From positions 64,001 through 128,000 of the forward strand of contig CBDBHE010000006.1 of the NCBI GenBank assembly GCA_965205605.1: DNA of 64,000 bases, written 5' to 3'. A program made the position numbers and the translations under genes. The notes under the pieces are model-generated. The model was given only the letters and a program-made list of their open reading frames with translations. It was not told the DNA's origin and made no database searches. Every line of letters begins with the position of its first letter. The first letter of the stretch is position 1. This DNA is from Spirochaetota bacterium (GTDB taxonomy: Bacteria > Spirochaetota > UBA12135 > COTS27 > CBDBHE01). Below are positions 29,240 to 39,455 of this stretch, piece by piece.

Positions 29240-29959
29240 TTATTTTTTCAGGTGCTTTGTGTAAAGAATTTTGCCTGTTTGGAAAAGGTCTTTTTTAGCA
29301 TAAGAGGATAAAAATAAATAATCTTTTTTAGGTGGTTTTAAAGCATCTTTATTGTTTAATAAATTTTGAAATAAATTAGATTTTTCAATGGTTTTTAAAT
29401 GTTCTTCATAAAGAAAAGAAACATCAGTTGCGGTGTATAAAACACCTGATTTTTTGAGTGTTTTGTGAATGAGTTGAATATTTTTACTATTAATAATTCT
29501 TCTTTTAGCATGTTTTTTTTTAGGCCATGGGTCAGGGAAATTGACCATTATTTCATCAAATGAATCGTGTTTACATTCAATTTCTAAAAAAGTCACCGCA
29601 TCTCCTGAATAAAGCAATATGTTGTTTAAGTCTTCTTTGGCTGCTTTTTTGATTACTCTTTGAATGCATGCTAGAGCATAATCAAGCCCAACAAAACAAG
29701 TTTTTTTTAGATTGTTTTTTGCACTCTCAATAAGAAAGTCTCCAGTCCCACAGCATAGTTCTAAACAATATTTTTTGTATCCTTTTTTTAATTTTTCAAT
29801 ATTAAAAGGAATGATTTTTTTTTTAGGAAAAAAGAAGTTTTGATTTTCTTCTAATTTTTTTTGAGGGGTGATTTGATAGACTTTATAACGAGTTGGAAGA
29901 AGGTACTGTTTTAGAAGTTCTTCATCTAAGTGCAATTTTTTTAACCGACACTTAACCAA
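29240..29959 (-). CDS. trmB: tRNA (guanine-N7)-methyltransferase
   Basis: LELCCGTG, NFPDPWPKKKHAKRRI, ATD. Confidence 0.92.
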   Translation of the reverse strand: MVKCRLKKLHLDEELLKQYLLPTRYKVYQITPQKKLEENQNFFFPKKKIIPFNIEKLKKGYKKYCLELCCGTGDFLIESAKNNLKKTCFVGLDYALACIQRVIKKAAKEDLNNILLYSGDAVTFLEIECKHDSFDEIMVNFPDPWPKKKHAKRRIINSKNIQLIHKTLKKSGVLYTATDVSFLYEEHLKTIEKSNLFQNLLNNKDALKPPKKDYLFLSSYAKKDLFQTGKILYTKHLKK

Positions 29960-29969
29960 TTGGAAAAAA

Positions 29970-31229
29970 TTAAATTTTCTTTAGAATTAAACAACTATTG
30001 TGACCACCAAATCCAAAAGAGTTGGAGATAGCGATATTAATGTCTTTTTCAATTGTTTCTTTAGGAAACATCTTTTCTTTAAGAGGAATTTCACTGTCAA
30101 AGTTATCGATATTAATCCCAGCAGGAATCTCATTGTTTTTAATAGCAAGAGCTGCGAAAATAGCTTCGATACCAGCAGCAGCGCCTAAACTATGACCTGT
30201 CATTGATTTAGTTGAGCTAATGTGAGTGTTTTCTTGATTTTTTCCTAATATTTTGGCCATGGCTTTAATTTCAGCGATATCTCCTAAAGGAGTGGAGGTC
30301 CCGTGAGTGTTAATGTAATCTATTTCTGAAGGATTGATTTTGGCATCTTTTAAAGCTGATCGGATACAAGCTTCTACTCCCTTTCCATCTGGATGAGGAG
30401 AGACAAGATCCCAAGCATCAGAGTTTAAAGCAACTGAAGCAATTTCACAAATAATATTAGCATTTCTTTTTTTTGCATGCTCATATTCTTCTAAAACAAG
30501 AACACCAGCACCATTAGCGATGACAAATCCATCTCGATCTTTGTCATAGGGTCTAGAGGCTATTTTAGGCTGATCGTTATATTTAGTAGAAAGGGCTCTC
30601 ATTTTTGAGAAAGCAGAAATCGTAATAGGATCAATTGTTGATTCAGCTCCCCCTACTAAAGCAACATCAATGAGACCCAATTGAATCATCCAAACAGCAA
30701 AAGAAATCGAATAGTTTCCAGTGGCACAGGCAGTTTGTACTGAAAAAGAAGGCCCAGTGAGCCCATGCATCATGCTTAAGAAGCCACTAATGGTATTGCT
30801 AATCATCGATGAAACAAAGAAAGGCGAAACAGCTCTAGGGCCTCTTTCAAAAAGTTTTTTTGAATTTTTATAACATGCTTCCATTCCTCCAACACCACTA
30901 CTAATAGTAATTCCCACACGATGGGGATTTTTTGAAAAATTTAAAGAAGCACTTTCAACTGCTTCTTTAGCTGCAGCAAGTCCAAATTGAGTGAATCGAT
31001 CTAATTTTTTTCCTTTTGAAAGATAGCGATCTTTTAGGAAATGGCTTAAATCAAAGTTTTTAACTTCTCCACCAACTTTACAAGGATAATTAGATAGATC
31101 TTCGCCTAGCCCTATGAGAGTTTTAATCCCACTTTTGCCATCTAAAATACCTTTCCAAGTTTCTTGGACATTGTTTGCAACTGAGTTAACGGTTCCTATT
31201 CCTGTAACAACAATTCTTTTTTTATCCAT
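29970..31229 (-). CDS. fabF: Beta-ketoacyl-ACP synthase II
   Basis: TACATG, HGTSTPLGD, KSMTGH, SNSFGFGGHN. Confidence 0.96.
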   Translation of the reverse strand: MDKKRIVVTGIGTVNSVANNVQETWKGILDGKSGIKTLIGLGEDLSNYPCKVGGEVKNFDLSHFLKDRYLSKGKKLDRFTQFGLAAAKEAVESASLNFSKNPHRVGITISSGVGGMEACYKNSKKLFERGPRAVSPFFVSSMISNTISGFLSMMHGLTGPSFSVQTACATGNYSISFAVWMIQLGLIDVALVGGAESTIDPITISAFSKMRALSTKYNDQPKIASRPYDKDRDGFVIANGAGVLVLEEYEHAKKRNANIICEIASVALNSDAWDLVSPHPDGKGVEACIRSALKDAKINPSEIDYINTHGTSTPLGDIAEIKAMAKILGKNQENTHISSTKSMTGHSLGAAAGIEAIFAALAIKNNEIPAGINIDNFDSEIPLKEKMFPKETIEKDINIAISNSFGFGGHNSCLILKKI

Positions 31230-31306
31230 ATTGTATTTATCTTATCGATAATTTTTTGAGGAAAAGAATCATAGAGGATCCATCTAATTAGTTTATAAGA
31301 AGCTTA

Positions 31307-31540
31307 TTAAGAAATATTGGCATTAATATAGTTAACCGCTTCTTTTACTGTTTTAATTTTTTCAGCATCTTCATCTGAAATTTCAATTTTGAATTCTTCT
31401 TCAAAACCCATAATGAGTTCTACTGAGTCTAAAGAATCTGCTCCTAAATCTTCAAAAGATGATCCCATTTTTACATCATCAGCATTACAATTTAATTTTT
31501 CAACAATAATTGATTTTACTTTTTTAAAATCAACAGCCAT
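31307..31540 (-). CDS. acpP: Acyl carrier protein
   Basis: [27 protein letters not shown] upstream. Confidence 0.97.
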   Translation of the reverse strand: MAVDFKKVKSIIVEKLNCNADDVKMGSSFEDLGADSLDSVELIMGFEEEFKIEISDEDAEKIKTVKEAVNYINANIS

Positions 31541-31607
31541 AGTTACTCTCCTTTTATGATTAATTTAACACTTATTTATCATATTCTTAATTTACCTTTT
31601 ATGTCAA

Positions 31608-32351
31608 TTACATAAAAAGTCCACCATTAACTGAAAGCACTTGTCCTGTAATATAAGAAGCCCTTTCTGAAGCTAAAAAACAAGCGCTATCAGCAATATC
31701 TTTTGTATTACCGAGTCTTTTAAGAGGGATTGCTTCTGTAATACCTGCTTTTGCCTTTTCATTCATTTGTTTGGTCATTTCTGTTTCAATAAATCCAGGA
31801 GCAATGGCATTAACTGTAATTTGTTTTCCAGCCACTTCTTTTGCTAAAGCTTTTGTAAAAGCAATGATGCCTCCTTTAGAGGCACAATAATTAACTTGAC
31901 CAGGATTTCCCATTTGTCCTACAACCGATGAAAGATTAATAATTCGTCCATTTCGTTCTCTCAACATCGGGCGAAGGCTTAGTTTGCTCATTAAAAAAGC
32001 ACTTTTTAAATTTGTTTTTAAAACTTGATCCCAATCGCCTTCTTTCATTCTAAGGATCAAATTATCTTTTGCAATACCGGCATTATTAACTAAGATGTCG
32101 ATTTTACCAAATTGATTTAAGGTTTCTTCAACTATTTTTGCACTTTCTTTTTCTAAAGAAACATTCGCTCCGATTCCAATTGATTGGACTTTATATTTTT
32201 TTTGAATAAGACTTGCAATTTCTTTAGCGAAAGTTTGGTTTCTACTGTTAATAACAACTTTACAACCCATTTCAGCAAAACTGTGAGCGATCTGCAAACC
32301 GATCCCTTTGCTTGATCCTGTAATAATAGCAACTTTATTTTTAAGGTTCAT
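31608..32351 (-). CDS. fabG: 3-oxoacyl-ACP reductase
   Basis: TGSSKGIG, NNAGIAKD, YCASK, in fabG-acpP-fabF order. Confidence 0.96.
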   Translation of the reverse strand: MNLKNKVAIITGSSKGIGLQIAHSFAEMGCKVVINSRNQTFAKEIASLIQKKYKVQSIGIGANVSLEKESAKIVEETLNQFGKIDILVNNAGIAKDNLILRMKEGDWDQVLKTNLKSAFLMSKLSLRPMLRERNGRIINLSSVVGQMGNPGQVNYCASKGGIIAFTKALAKEVAGKQITVNAIAPGFIETEMTKQMNEKAKAGITEAIPLKRLGNTKDIADSACFLASERASYITGQVLSVNGGLFM

Positions 32352-32548
32352 TTTTTTAAAATTAAAGTAAAATTATATTATAAAAAAAAAATAGATGTTT
32401 ATTTTAATATTTTTACTCTTAATTAAAGCAAATTTTTTTAAAAAAATACTTTTATTTCTTGATTTTGAACCATAAGAATTAAAATTAACTTAACTTTGAT
32501 GCTATTTGAAATTTATTTTTATAACTTTAAGGAGTTTTTTTTAAAATC

Positions 32549-33433
32549 GTGAAAACAAATGATTTAATTAATCTTGTAGGCAAAACGCCTCTTGTAAGGC
32601 TTTCTAATATTAATCCTAATCCTAAAGTGAGGCTCCTTGGAAAGCTGGAAGGCAATAATCCGGGAGGTAGTGTTAAAGATCGACCTGCTTTTTTTATGAT
32701 TGATCAAGCGTTAAAAAAAGGGTCTCTTAAAGGAGACTTTAAACTTATCGAGCCTACTAGTGGTAATACAGGCATTGCTCTTGCAATGATTGCTAGTTTG
32801 AAACAAATTGCTATTGAGCTTGTGATGCCAGAAAATGCTTCTAAAGAAAGAGTTAAAACCATGCAAGCTTATGGGGCTAAGGTTACTTTAACCTCAGAAA
32901 AAAAATCAATGGAAGGGACCATTGATTATGCTAGAGAAAAAGTTGCCAAAGGAGGGTATGTCATGCTTGATCAATTTTCAAATCCTGATAATAAACTCGC
33001 TCATTATAAAACAACAGGCCCTGAAGTATGGAATGATACCAATCATCAAGTCACTCATTTTGTTTCTTCTATGGGGACAACAGGGACTATTACAGGAGTT
33101 TCTACTTATTTAAAAGAAAAAAATAAAAATATTGAAATCATAGGAGTTCAACCTAAAGAAGGATCATGCATACCAGGGATTAGGCGTTGGAAAAAAGAGT
33201 ACTTGCCTAAAATTTACGAACCTAATCGAGTCGATGAAATCATGGATGTTTCCACTCAGCAAGCAACTGAAATGACAAGACGCCTTGCTAAAGAAGAAGG
33301 TATTTTTTCGGGAATGAGCTCGGGAGGGGCGACGTTTGTTGCTGTTCAAATCGCCAAAAGAATTAAAACAGGTGTTATTGTTGTGATCATTTGTGATCGA
33401 GGAGATCGGTATTTATCAACCCATCTTTTTTAA
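32549..33433 (+). CDS. cysM: Cysteine synthase B
   Basis: KLEGNNPGGSVKDR, TSGNTG, SSMGTTGT, and CysM-type IPGIRRW and CDRGDRYLS. Confidence 0.92.
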   Translation: MKTNDLINLVGKTPLVRLSNINPNPKVRLLGKLEGNNPGGSVKDRPAFFMIDQALKKGSLKGDFKLIEPTSGNTGIALAMIASLKQIAIELVMPENASKERVKTMQAYGAKVTLTSEKKSMEGTIDYAREKVAKGGYVMLDQFSNPDNKLAHYKTTGPEVWNDTNHQVTHFVSSMGTTGTITGVSTYLKEKNKNIEIIGVQPKEGSCIPGIRRWKKEYLPKIYEPNRVDEIMDVSTQQATEMTRRLAKEEGIFSGMSSGGATFVAVQIAKRIKTGVIVVIICDRGDRYLSTHLF

Positions 33434-33481
33434 CGATTTCTTACACAATAAAAAAATGATATAATTTTTATAAAGGAAACC

Positions 33482-33796
33482 ATGATGACTGAAAAATTAA
33501 TGCAATTAAAAAAAGAGCTTGAAAAACAAAAATCTGTTTTAATCGATGTCCGTGAAGAAGAAGAATGGGTAGAAGGGCATCTTAAATTAGCTAAACTACT
33601 TCCTCTCTCAGAGCTACAACAAGGAATCGCTCAACTTGAAGGGTTTAATAAAGAAACAAAAGTTTACCTACACTGTCGCAGTGGTCAGAGAGTCCTCTCA
33701 GCAGCTCCTTTCCTTGAAGCAGAAGGGTTTAAACAAGTGGTTCCTCTTAAAGAAGGGTTTGAAGATCTTAAACAAGAAGGTTTTGAGGTAGAATAA
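33482..33796 (+). CDS. Single-domain rhodanese/sulfurtransferase
   Basis: LIDVREEEEWVEGHL, active-site loop HCRSGQR. Confidence 0.9.
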   Translation: MMTEKLMQLKKELEKQKSVLIDVREEEEWVEGHLKLAKLLPLSELQQGIAQLEGFNKETKVYLHCRSGQRVLSAAPFLEAEGFKQVVPLKEGFEDLKQEGFEVE

Positions 33797-34204
33797 ATGC
33801 ATCTTACTTTAAATCAATTAGAAGGCTTTAAGCTTGAGATTAAAAACCCTTTGAATCAATCTGTTTTTGTAGATGGCCCTACCACCATAGGAGGCACGGG
33901 AGATGGCTTTCGGCCTATGGAGCTTATTTTAGCAGGACTGGCTAGTTGTAGTAGTTTTGATATTCTTTCTATTTTAAAAAAAGCGAAGCAACAAGTTGAT
34001 GCTTTTAAAATAGACGTTACTAGTCAAAGAAGTGAAGAGATTCCTAAAGTTTTTACTAAAATTAAACTTCATTTTATTGTTGAAGGAAATATTTTAGAGT
34101 CTCATTTAAAACGAGCCATTGATCTTTCTATGAAGAAATATTGTTCTGTTTCAGCGATGTTATCAAAAACAGCTGAAATTCAAACAAGCTACTTAATAAA
34201 GTAA
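33797..34204 (+). CDS. OsmC/YhfA-family protein
   Basis: GFRPMELILAGLASCSSFD, IPKVFTKI.LHF and KYCSV, with two conserved Cys. Confidence 0.9.
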   Translation: MHLTLNQLEGFKLEIKNPLNQSVFVDGPTTIGGTGDGFRPMELILAGLASCSSFDILSILKKAKQQVDAFKIDVTSQRSEEIPKVFTKIKLHFIVEGNILESHLKRAIDLSMKKYCSVSAMLSKTAEIQTSYLIK

Positions 34205-34327
34205 TGTGTAATGAATTTTTCTTTTGGAGAAAAATAAAGAAAAATATTTTTTCAGACCATTTTTTTTAACAAAAAAAGAAAAACTCACTTTTTTTTTCCT
34301 AATGTTGTTTTTTTTTTGAAAAAAACA

Positions 34328-34356
34328 TTGATGAAATTAAAATGTTTAAGTAGAAT
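34328..34356 (+). promoter_or_regulatory. sigma70 promoter of pst operon
   Basis: TTGATG-N17-TAGAAT, followed by SD AGGAG before pstS. Confidence 0.5.
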
Positions 34357-34396
34357 ATCGCCAAACTTTTATGATATTTATTAGGAGATAAGGTTT

Positions 34397-35347
34397 ATGA
34401 AATTAATGATGATTATAATTACTTTTATATTTTCTTCAGCGTTTGCTATAATCTCAGTAGACACTAGCTTAAGATCTTATAAAAAAATTTCGGGAGTAAG
34501 TGGCAATCTAAATTCGGTCGGTTCGGATACACTTAATGTGCTAATGTCTTTTTGGGCAGAGGGGTTTAAGAAATTTTACCCTGGTGTTAATATTCAAATA
34601 GAAGGCAAGGGATCTTCAACAGCGCCGCCTGCATTAATAGCAGGTGTTGCTCAGTTGGGGCCTATGAGTCGTAAAATGAAATCTAGTGAAATTGATAAAT
34701 TTGAAGCTAAGTTTGGTTATAAGCCAACTCCAGTTAAAGTTGCTATTGATGCTCTTGCTATTTATGTCCATAAAGAAAATAAAATTGAAGGGCTTAATTT
34801 AAAAGAACTCGATAGTATTTTTTCAACAACCTATAGAAGAGGTGGTAAAAAAATTATCAAATGGAGAGATTTAAAAAAAAATTCTTTGTTGATTAAAAAT
34901 ATGTTTATCTCTGTTTATGGTAGAAATAGTGCTTCTGGGACTTATGGCTATTTTAAAAAAATAGTGCTTAAAGAAGGAGATTATGCTTCTACTGTTAAAG
35001 AGCAGCCAGGCTCTTCAGCGGTCATTCAAGCCATTAGCAGGGAAAGAAATAGTATTGGTTATTCGGGGATTGGGTATAAGACTTCTGGGGTGACTATCGT
35101 CCCTATTAGTGTTAAAAATAGCAATTATTATGATCCAACACAAGCTAACTGCCTTAATGGTAAATATCCTTTAGCTAGGTTTTTAATTATTTATATTAAT
35201 CAAAGGCCTAAAAGAAACCTCGATAAACTTACGGTTGAATTTTTAAAATATGTGTTGTCAAAAGAAGGCCAAATAGCAGTGGCTAAAAGTGGCTATTATC
35301 CTTTACCTAAAAAAATCATTAATAAAATTTTAAGGGCCACTAGATAA
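34397..35347 (+). CDS. pstS: Phosphate ABC transporter substrate-binding protein
   Basis: SVGSDTL, GKGSSTAPPAL, GPMSR, YGRNSASGTYGYF, EQPGS, YPLAR. Confidence 0.95.
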   Translation: MKLMMIIITFIFSSAFAIISVDTSLRSYKKISGVSGNLNSVGSDTLNVLMSFWAEGFKKFYPGVNIQIEGKGSSTAPPALIAGVAQLGPMSRKMKSSEIDKFEAKFGYKPTPVKVAIDALAIYVHKENKIEGLNLKELDSIFSTTYRRGGKKIIKWRDLKKNSLLIKNMFISVYGRNSASGTYGYFKKIVLKEGDYASTVKEQPGSSAVIQAISRERNSIGYSGIGYKTSGVTIVPISVKNSNYYDPTQANCLNGKYPLARFLIIYINQRPKRNLDKLTVEFLKYVLSKEGQIAVAKSGYYPLPKKIINKILRATR

Positions 35348-35374
35348 AAATAATTTTATTTTTATCTAGTTTAA

Positions 35375-37696
35375 ATGAGAAAGAAAAAAGAATCCTTGCC
35401 ATTAGAGTCAAAGTCTTTTTTCCGATCGAAAGCTCGTTTTAAAGTAACAAAAAAAGCTCTTTTTTGGGATTGGTTGATGAATTGGGTGGTCGTCATTGGC
35501 GGTGTTGGTGTTATTGCTTCGATTATGGGGATTTTTTTCTTTATTTTGTTTCAAATTTACCCACTGTTTCAAAAAGCAAAAATTCAATTTAAAACAAAAA
35601 TTGCTTTAGAAAATTCTTGGAAGCCTGTTTTTATAGGAATCGATGAATGGAATGAATTGCCTTTTTTTGTAAAAGAATCTGGGAGTTTTGTTTTTTATGA
35701 TTTGACAGGGAAACGAGATTCTTTTACTCTGTATCCTTTTGAAGAAAAAAAAATTCAAATTAAAGCTTTTTCGTATAAGCAACAAGAGCAATCTTTTATC
35801 ATTGCCAACCATCAAAACCAAATTTTTTTTGGAAAAATTGACTATGTAGTTAATTTTGAAGAGAATAAACGTGTTGTTGATGCAAAAGTTGTTTTAGACA
35901 ATTTTTTTTCTATTGGTAATGTTAAAGGTGGACCTATTAAGCAAGTGAGTTATGGGAGTGTGGATGAAGAGTATCAATTAGTTGCTACTTTAAAAGAGAC
36001 GGCTTTAGGTAAGCAGAAGCTTTACCTCACTTCTTTTACTAAAGGAGATGGATTTTCTCTTTTTGATGAAAGTGGTTTTGAAATTGAAGAACAAAAAGAA
36101 ATGAGCTCTTTAATTGAAGGGCATATTGAAAAGATTTTAGTAAGGCAGCAAGCCGATAGAGTGATTGTCATAACAGAAGAAGGGGTTGTTTATGTTTTAA
36201 GTTTAGAAGAGGGAATGATTCAAACTTTTAAACCTTTTTTAAATTTAAAAGACTCTTCGATTGTTTTTGGAGATTTTATTTTTGGGGACTATTCTTTAGT
36301 TTTTTTCAGTAAAGAAGGGGACAATATTATTTATTCTCTTTATGCCAGAGAAGATCAAGATAATAAACAACTTTATGGTCATACAAAAACGCTAGCGAAG
36401 TTTTCAAAAGGAAATGTTAATTTTTATGCTAAAAGTTTACGTAATAAAGCTTATATTATTGGATCGAAAAATTATTTTTCTCTTAGGTATGCTACGACTG
36501 AAAAAATAATTCTGGAAAAGAAACTACCTTTTAAAGTTTCGAAAGTATTAATCGGCAGTAAATACAATAGTCTTTGTTTTTTAGATGAATTATCACAGTT
36601 TCATTTATATCGTTTAAAAGATCCACACCCACAAACAAGTTTTAAAACTTTTTTCAAACCGATTTGGTATGAAGGAGCCCCTAAGCCTTCTTATGACTGG
36701 CAATCGAGTGGGTCATCAGAAGAATATGAGCCTAAACTTTCAATGATTCCGTTAATATGGGGAAGTTTAAAAGGGACTTTTTTTTCTTTAATTTTTTCTG
36801 TTCCCATTGCTTTGTTTTCAGCCTTATATGTTTCGCAATTTTTACACCCAAAATTAAGGACGTATATTAAATCGATTATGGAGCTTATGGCTTCAATTCC
36901 ATCTGTTGTGTTAGGATTTTTAGGGGCACTTTATGTGGCTCCTTTAATTGTGGATCGGGTGGTATCTTTGATACTGATGGGAGTTTTAATCCCAAGTTTA
37001 TTTGTTTTAGTGAGTTATCTTTGGGTTGAAAAATTACCTTTATCTTTTAGGATTTTTTTTAGGAGAGGTTATGATTTAGCTTTTTTTCTTGTTTTAATAT
37101 TAACTCTAATTTACTTTTGTTGGTTAGTAGGGCCTGCTTTAGAAAAAGTTTTTTTTGTTTTTGAAAATGAAAGTGGTGAAAAAATTGCTAGTTTTAGACA
37201 ATGGTGGGTACAAGTTTTGGGGTTTCCTTATGAACAAAGAAATTCTTTAATTGTTGGTTTTATGATGGGTTTTTGTGTGGTCCCTATTATTTTCACGATT
37301 TCAGAAGATGCGTTTTCGAGTGTGCCAAAAAATCTTAAAGCAGGAGCATTTGCTTTAGGGGCTAGTGAATGGCAATGTGCGACACAAGTGGTTTTACCGG
37401 TTGCTTTTGGGGGTGTTTTTTCATCGATTATGATTGGGTTTGGGCGAGCGATTGGAGAAACCATGATTGTGTTAATGGCAACAGGCAATACCCCTATTAT
37501 TGATTTTAATATTTTTACAGGGATGCGAACCCTTTCTGCTAATATTGCTGTTGAGCTTCCCGAAGCTCCCCAATACTCTACCTTGTATCGTTCTCTTTTT
37601 TTAGGGGCTTTTTTATTGTTTCTTTTTACGTTTGTTATTAATACTGTCGCTGAAATTCTCCGTCAAAAAATGAGAGGAAAATATTATCAATTGTAA
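35375..37696 (+). CDS. pstC: Phosphate ABC permease PstC, long form with periplasmic domain
   Basis: WYEG.PKPSYDWQSS, ELMASIPSVVLGF, ISEDA, GRAIGETMIVLMATGN. Confidence 0.92.
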   Translation: MRKKKESLPLESKSFFRSKARFKVTKKALFWDWLMNWVVVIGGVGVIASIMGIFFFILFQIYPLFQKAKIQFKTKIALENSWKPVFIGIDEWNELPFFVKESGSFVFYDLTGKRDSFTLYPFEEKKIQIKAFSYKQQEQSFIIANHQNQIFFGKIDYVVNFEENKRVVDAKVVLDNFFSIGNVKGGPIKQVSYGSVDEEYQLVATLKETALGKQKLYLTSFTKGDGFSLFDESGFEIEEQKEMSSLIEGHIEKILVRQQADRVIVITEEGVVYVLSLEEGMIQTFKPFLNLKDSSIVFGDFIFGDYSLVFFSKEGDNIIYSLYAREDQDNKQLYGHTKTLAKFSKGNVNFYAKSLRNKAYIIGSKNYFSLRYATTEKIILEKKLPFKVSKVLIGSKYNSLCFLDELSQFHLYRLKDPHPQTSFKTFFKPIWYEGAPKPSYDWQSSGSSEEYEPKLSMIPLIWGSLKGTFFSLIFSVPIALFSALYVSQFLHPKLRTYIKSIMELMASIPSVVLGFLGALYVAPLIVDRVVSLILMGVLIPSLFVLVSYLWVEKLPLSFRIFFRRGYDLAFFLVLILTLIYFCWLVGPALEKVFFVFENESGEKIASFRQWWVQVLGFPYEQRNSLIVGFMMGFCVVPIIFTISEDAFSSVPKNLKAGAFALGASEWQCATQVVLPVAFGGVFSSIMIGFGRAIGETMIVLMATGNTPIIDFNIFTGMRTLSANIAVELPEAPQYSTLYRSLFLGAFLLFLFTFVINTVAEILRQKMRGKYYQL

Positions 37697-37713
37697 TTGA
37701 AAGTATTGTTTTA

Positions 37714-39372
37714 ATGAAAAAAAAAAACACCCTTTTTTCACTTAAAGATGAAGTTAAAATTTATTTTACTTCAATAGCACTTATTATTAGTCTCTTAATG
37801 TTGCTAGGTCTTTTTTGGGTCATTATTCGAAATGGAATTTTTGTTTTTTGGCCTAAAAATATTGCTCAAATTGTTTTAAAATCAGAAGTTGCTTCAGAAG
37901 CGAAAGAAGTTTTATTAGGAATTATTGTTAAATCTTCTTATAAGAAAAATGAAACAGGGGAAAATACCAAAGAAATTAAAGTCTATAGAGCCAACCGAGA
38001 TTTTTTAGCAGAATCTTTTAAATATTTTGAAATGGCAAAAATAGAAAAGTGGCACTATCCTAAAGAGATTGTCAAAATAGAAAGAAGTGAATATGGTCCA
38101 TTTATAGGGAAGATAGATGCTTTAAGAGCAGCAGATGGATCTACAATACAAGTAAGCAATACAAGTAATTTTAATCGCCTTCTTAAAGACAAGATTCGTT
38201 TTAATACAAAGCTAAAGAAGAAAGTCAAATATTTAGAAAAAGTCAAAATAGCTAAAATTAATCGTCGTTTAGAAAAACTGCGACTTAAAAAAAAAGTTTT
38301 AATGGCTTCAAAAAATTCTAAGGAAAAATTAGATAAACAAATTCAAAAGATTGATTTAGAAAAACAGACGCTTAATCATCAATACACGATTTTAGCTGAA
38401 GAATCTTACTTGCTTCAAAGTCAGCAAAATGAAAACACGCTTGTTGTGAAAGCTGGATTAATTAAAAAGGAGATTGCTTTAGGAAAAGTGAGAGGGTTTT
38501 ATTATCCTAACAAGATGAATTTTTTTCAAAAAACCTTTTATTATTTACAAGCTTTTTGGCGGTTTTTAAGTGAAGAGCCAAGAGAAGCCAATACAGAAGG
38601 AGGAATATTTCCCGCTATTTTTGGGACGTTTGTGATGACCTTTTTTATGAGTATTTTTGTAACTCCTTTTGGAGTGATTACAGCAATTTATCTTAGAGAA
38701 TATGCAAGAGAGGGATTGCTTTTAAAAATAATTCGAATTTCTGTTAATAATCTCGCAGGAGTGCCTTCGATTGTTTTTGGGGTTTTTGGATTGGGTTTTT
38801 TTGTTTATTTTATTGGGTATTATGTAGATATTGTCTTTTTTTCAGATAAATTACCAACGCCAACTTACGGGACGGGGGGGGTTTTTTGGGCTTCACTTAC
38901 GTTGGCACTTTTAACAGTGCCTGTTGTGATTGTAGCAACAGAAGAAGCTTTAATTGCTGTTTCTAAAGGAATGAGAGAAGGAGCGTTAGCTTTAGGAGCG
39001 ACCAAATGGCAAATGATTAGAAATATTTTACTACCAGCGTGTACACCAGGAATTTTAACAGGGTTAATTTTAGCTGTTGCTAGGGGAGCTGGGGAAGTAG
39101 CTCCTTTAATGATTGTTGGAGTTGTAAAACTAGCTCCTTCGCTCCCAATAGATTTAAGTTTTCCCTTTTTTCATTTAGATAGGAAGTTTATGCATCTTGG
39201 TTTTCATATTTATGATTTAGGGTTTCAATCTCCTGATTCAGAAGTTGCCTTACCTATGGTTTTTATTTCAACTTTATTACTGATTGTTTTTGTTGTTTGT
39301 ATTAATATTATAGCGATTATTTTAAGAGATTATTTTAGAAAAAAATATCAAATAGGGGGATCAGCTGTTTAA
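37714..39372 (+). CDS. pstA: Phosphate ABC permease PstA, long form
   Basis: EPREANTEGGIFPAIFGT, NNLAGVPSIVFGVFGLGFF, ARGAGEVAPL. Confidence 0.93.
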   Translation: MKKKNTLFSLKDEVKIYFTSIALIISLLMLLGLFWVIIRNGIFVFWPKNIAQIVLKSEVASEAKEVLLGIIVKSSYKKNETGENTKEIKVYRANRDFLAESFKYFEMAKIEKWHYPKEIVKIERSEYGPFIGKIDALRAADGSTIQVSNTSNFNRLLKDKIRFNTKLKKKVKYLEKVKIAKINRRLEKLRLKKKVLMASKNSKEKLDKQIQKIDLEKQTLNHQYTILAEESYLLQSQQNENTLVVKAGLIKKEIALGKVRGFYYPNKMNFFQKTFYYLQAFWRFLSEEPREANTEGGIFPAIFGTFVMTFFMSIFVTPFGVITAIYLREYAREGLLLKIIRISVNNLAGVPSIVFGVFGLGFFVYFIGYYVDIVFFSDKLPTPTYGTGGVFWASLTLALLTVPVVIVATEEALIAVSKGMREGALALGATKWQMIRNILLPACTPGILTGLILAVARGAGEVAPLMIVGVVKLAPSLPIDLSFPFFHLDRKFMHLGFHIYDLGFQSPDSEVALPMVFISTLLLIVFVVCINIIAIILRDYFRKKYQIGGSAV

Positions 39373-39455
39373 TTTAAGAGAATTTTTTTTTTTTAAATTT
39401 GAATTTTTTATTTATTGATGATTAAATTTTATTTTAAACTGAAGGAGTTTTTAGC

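Noticed and set aside
31241-31250. TCGATAA sigma28-like -10 upstream of fabF
   Set aside because: No matching -35. It shows the motif can arise by chance, which also weakens the other sigma28 candidates.
38874-38881. G8 tract in pstA
   Set aside because: Explained by the conserved T-G-G-V codons; short and in frame.
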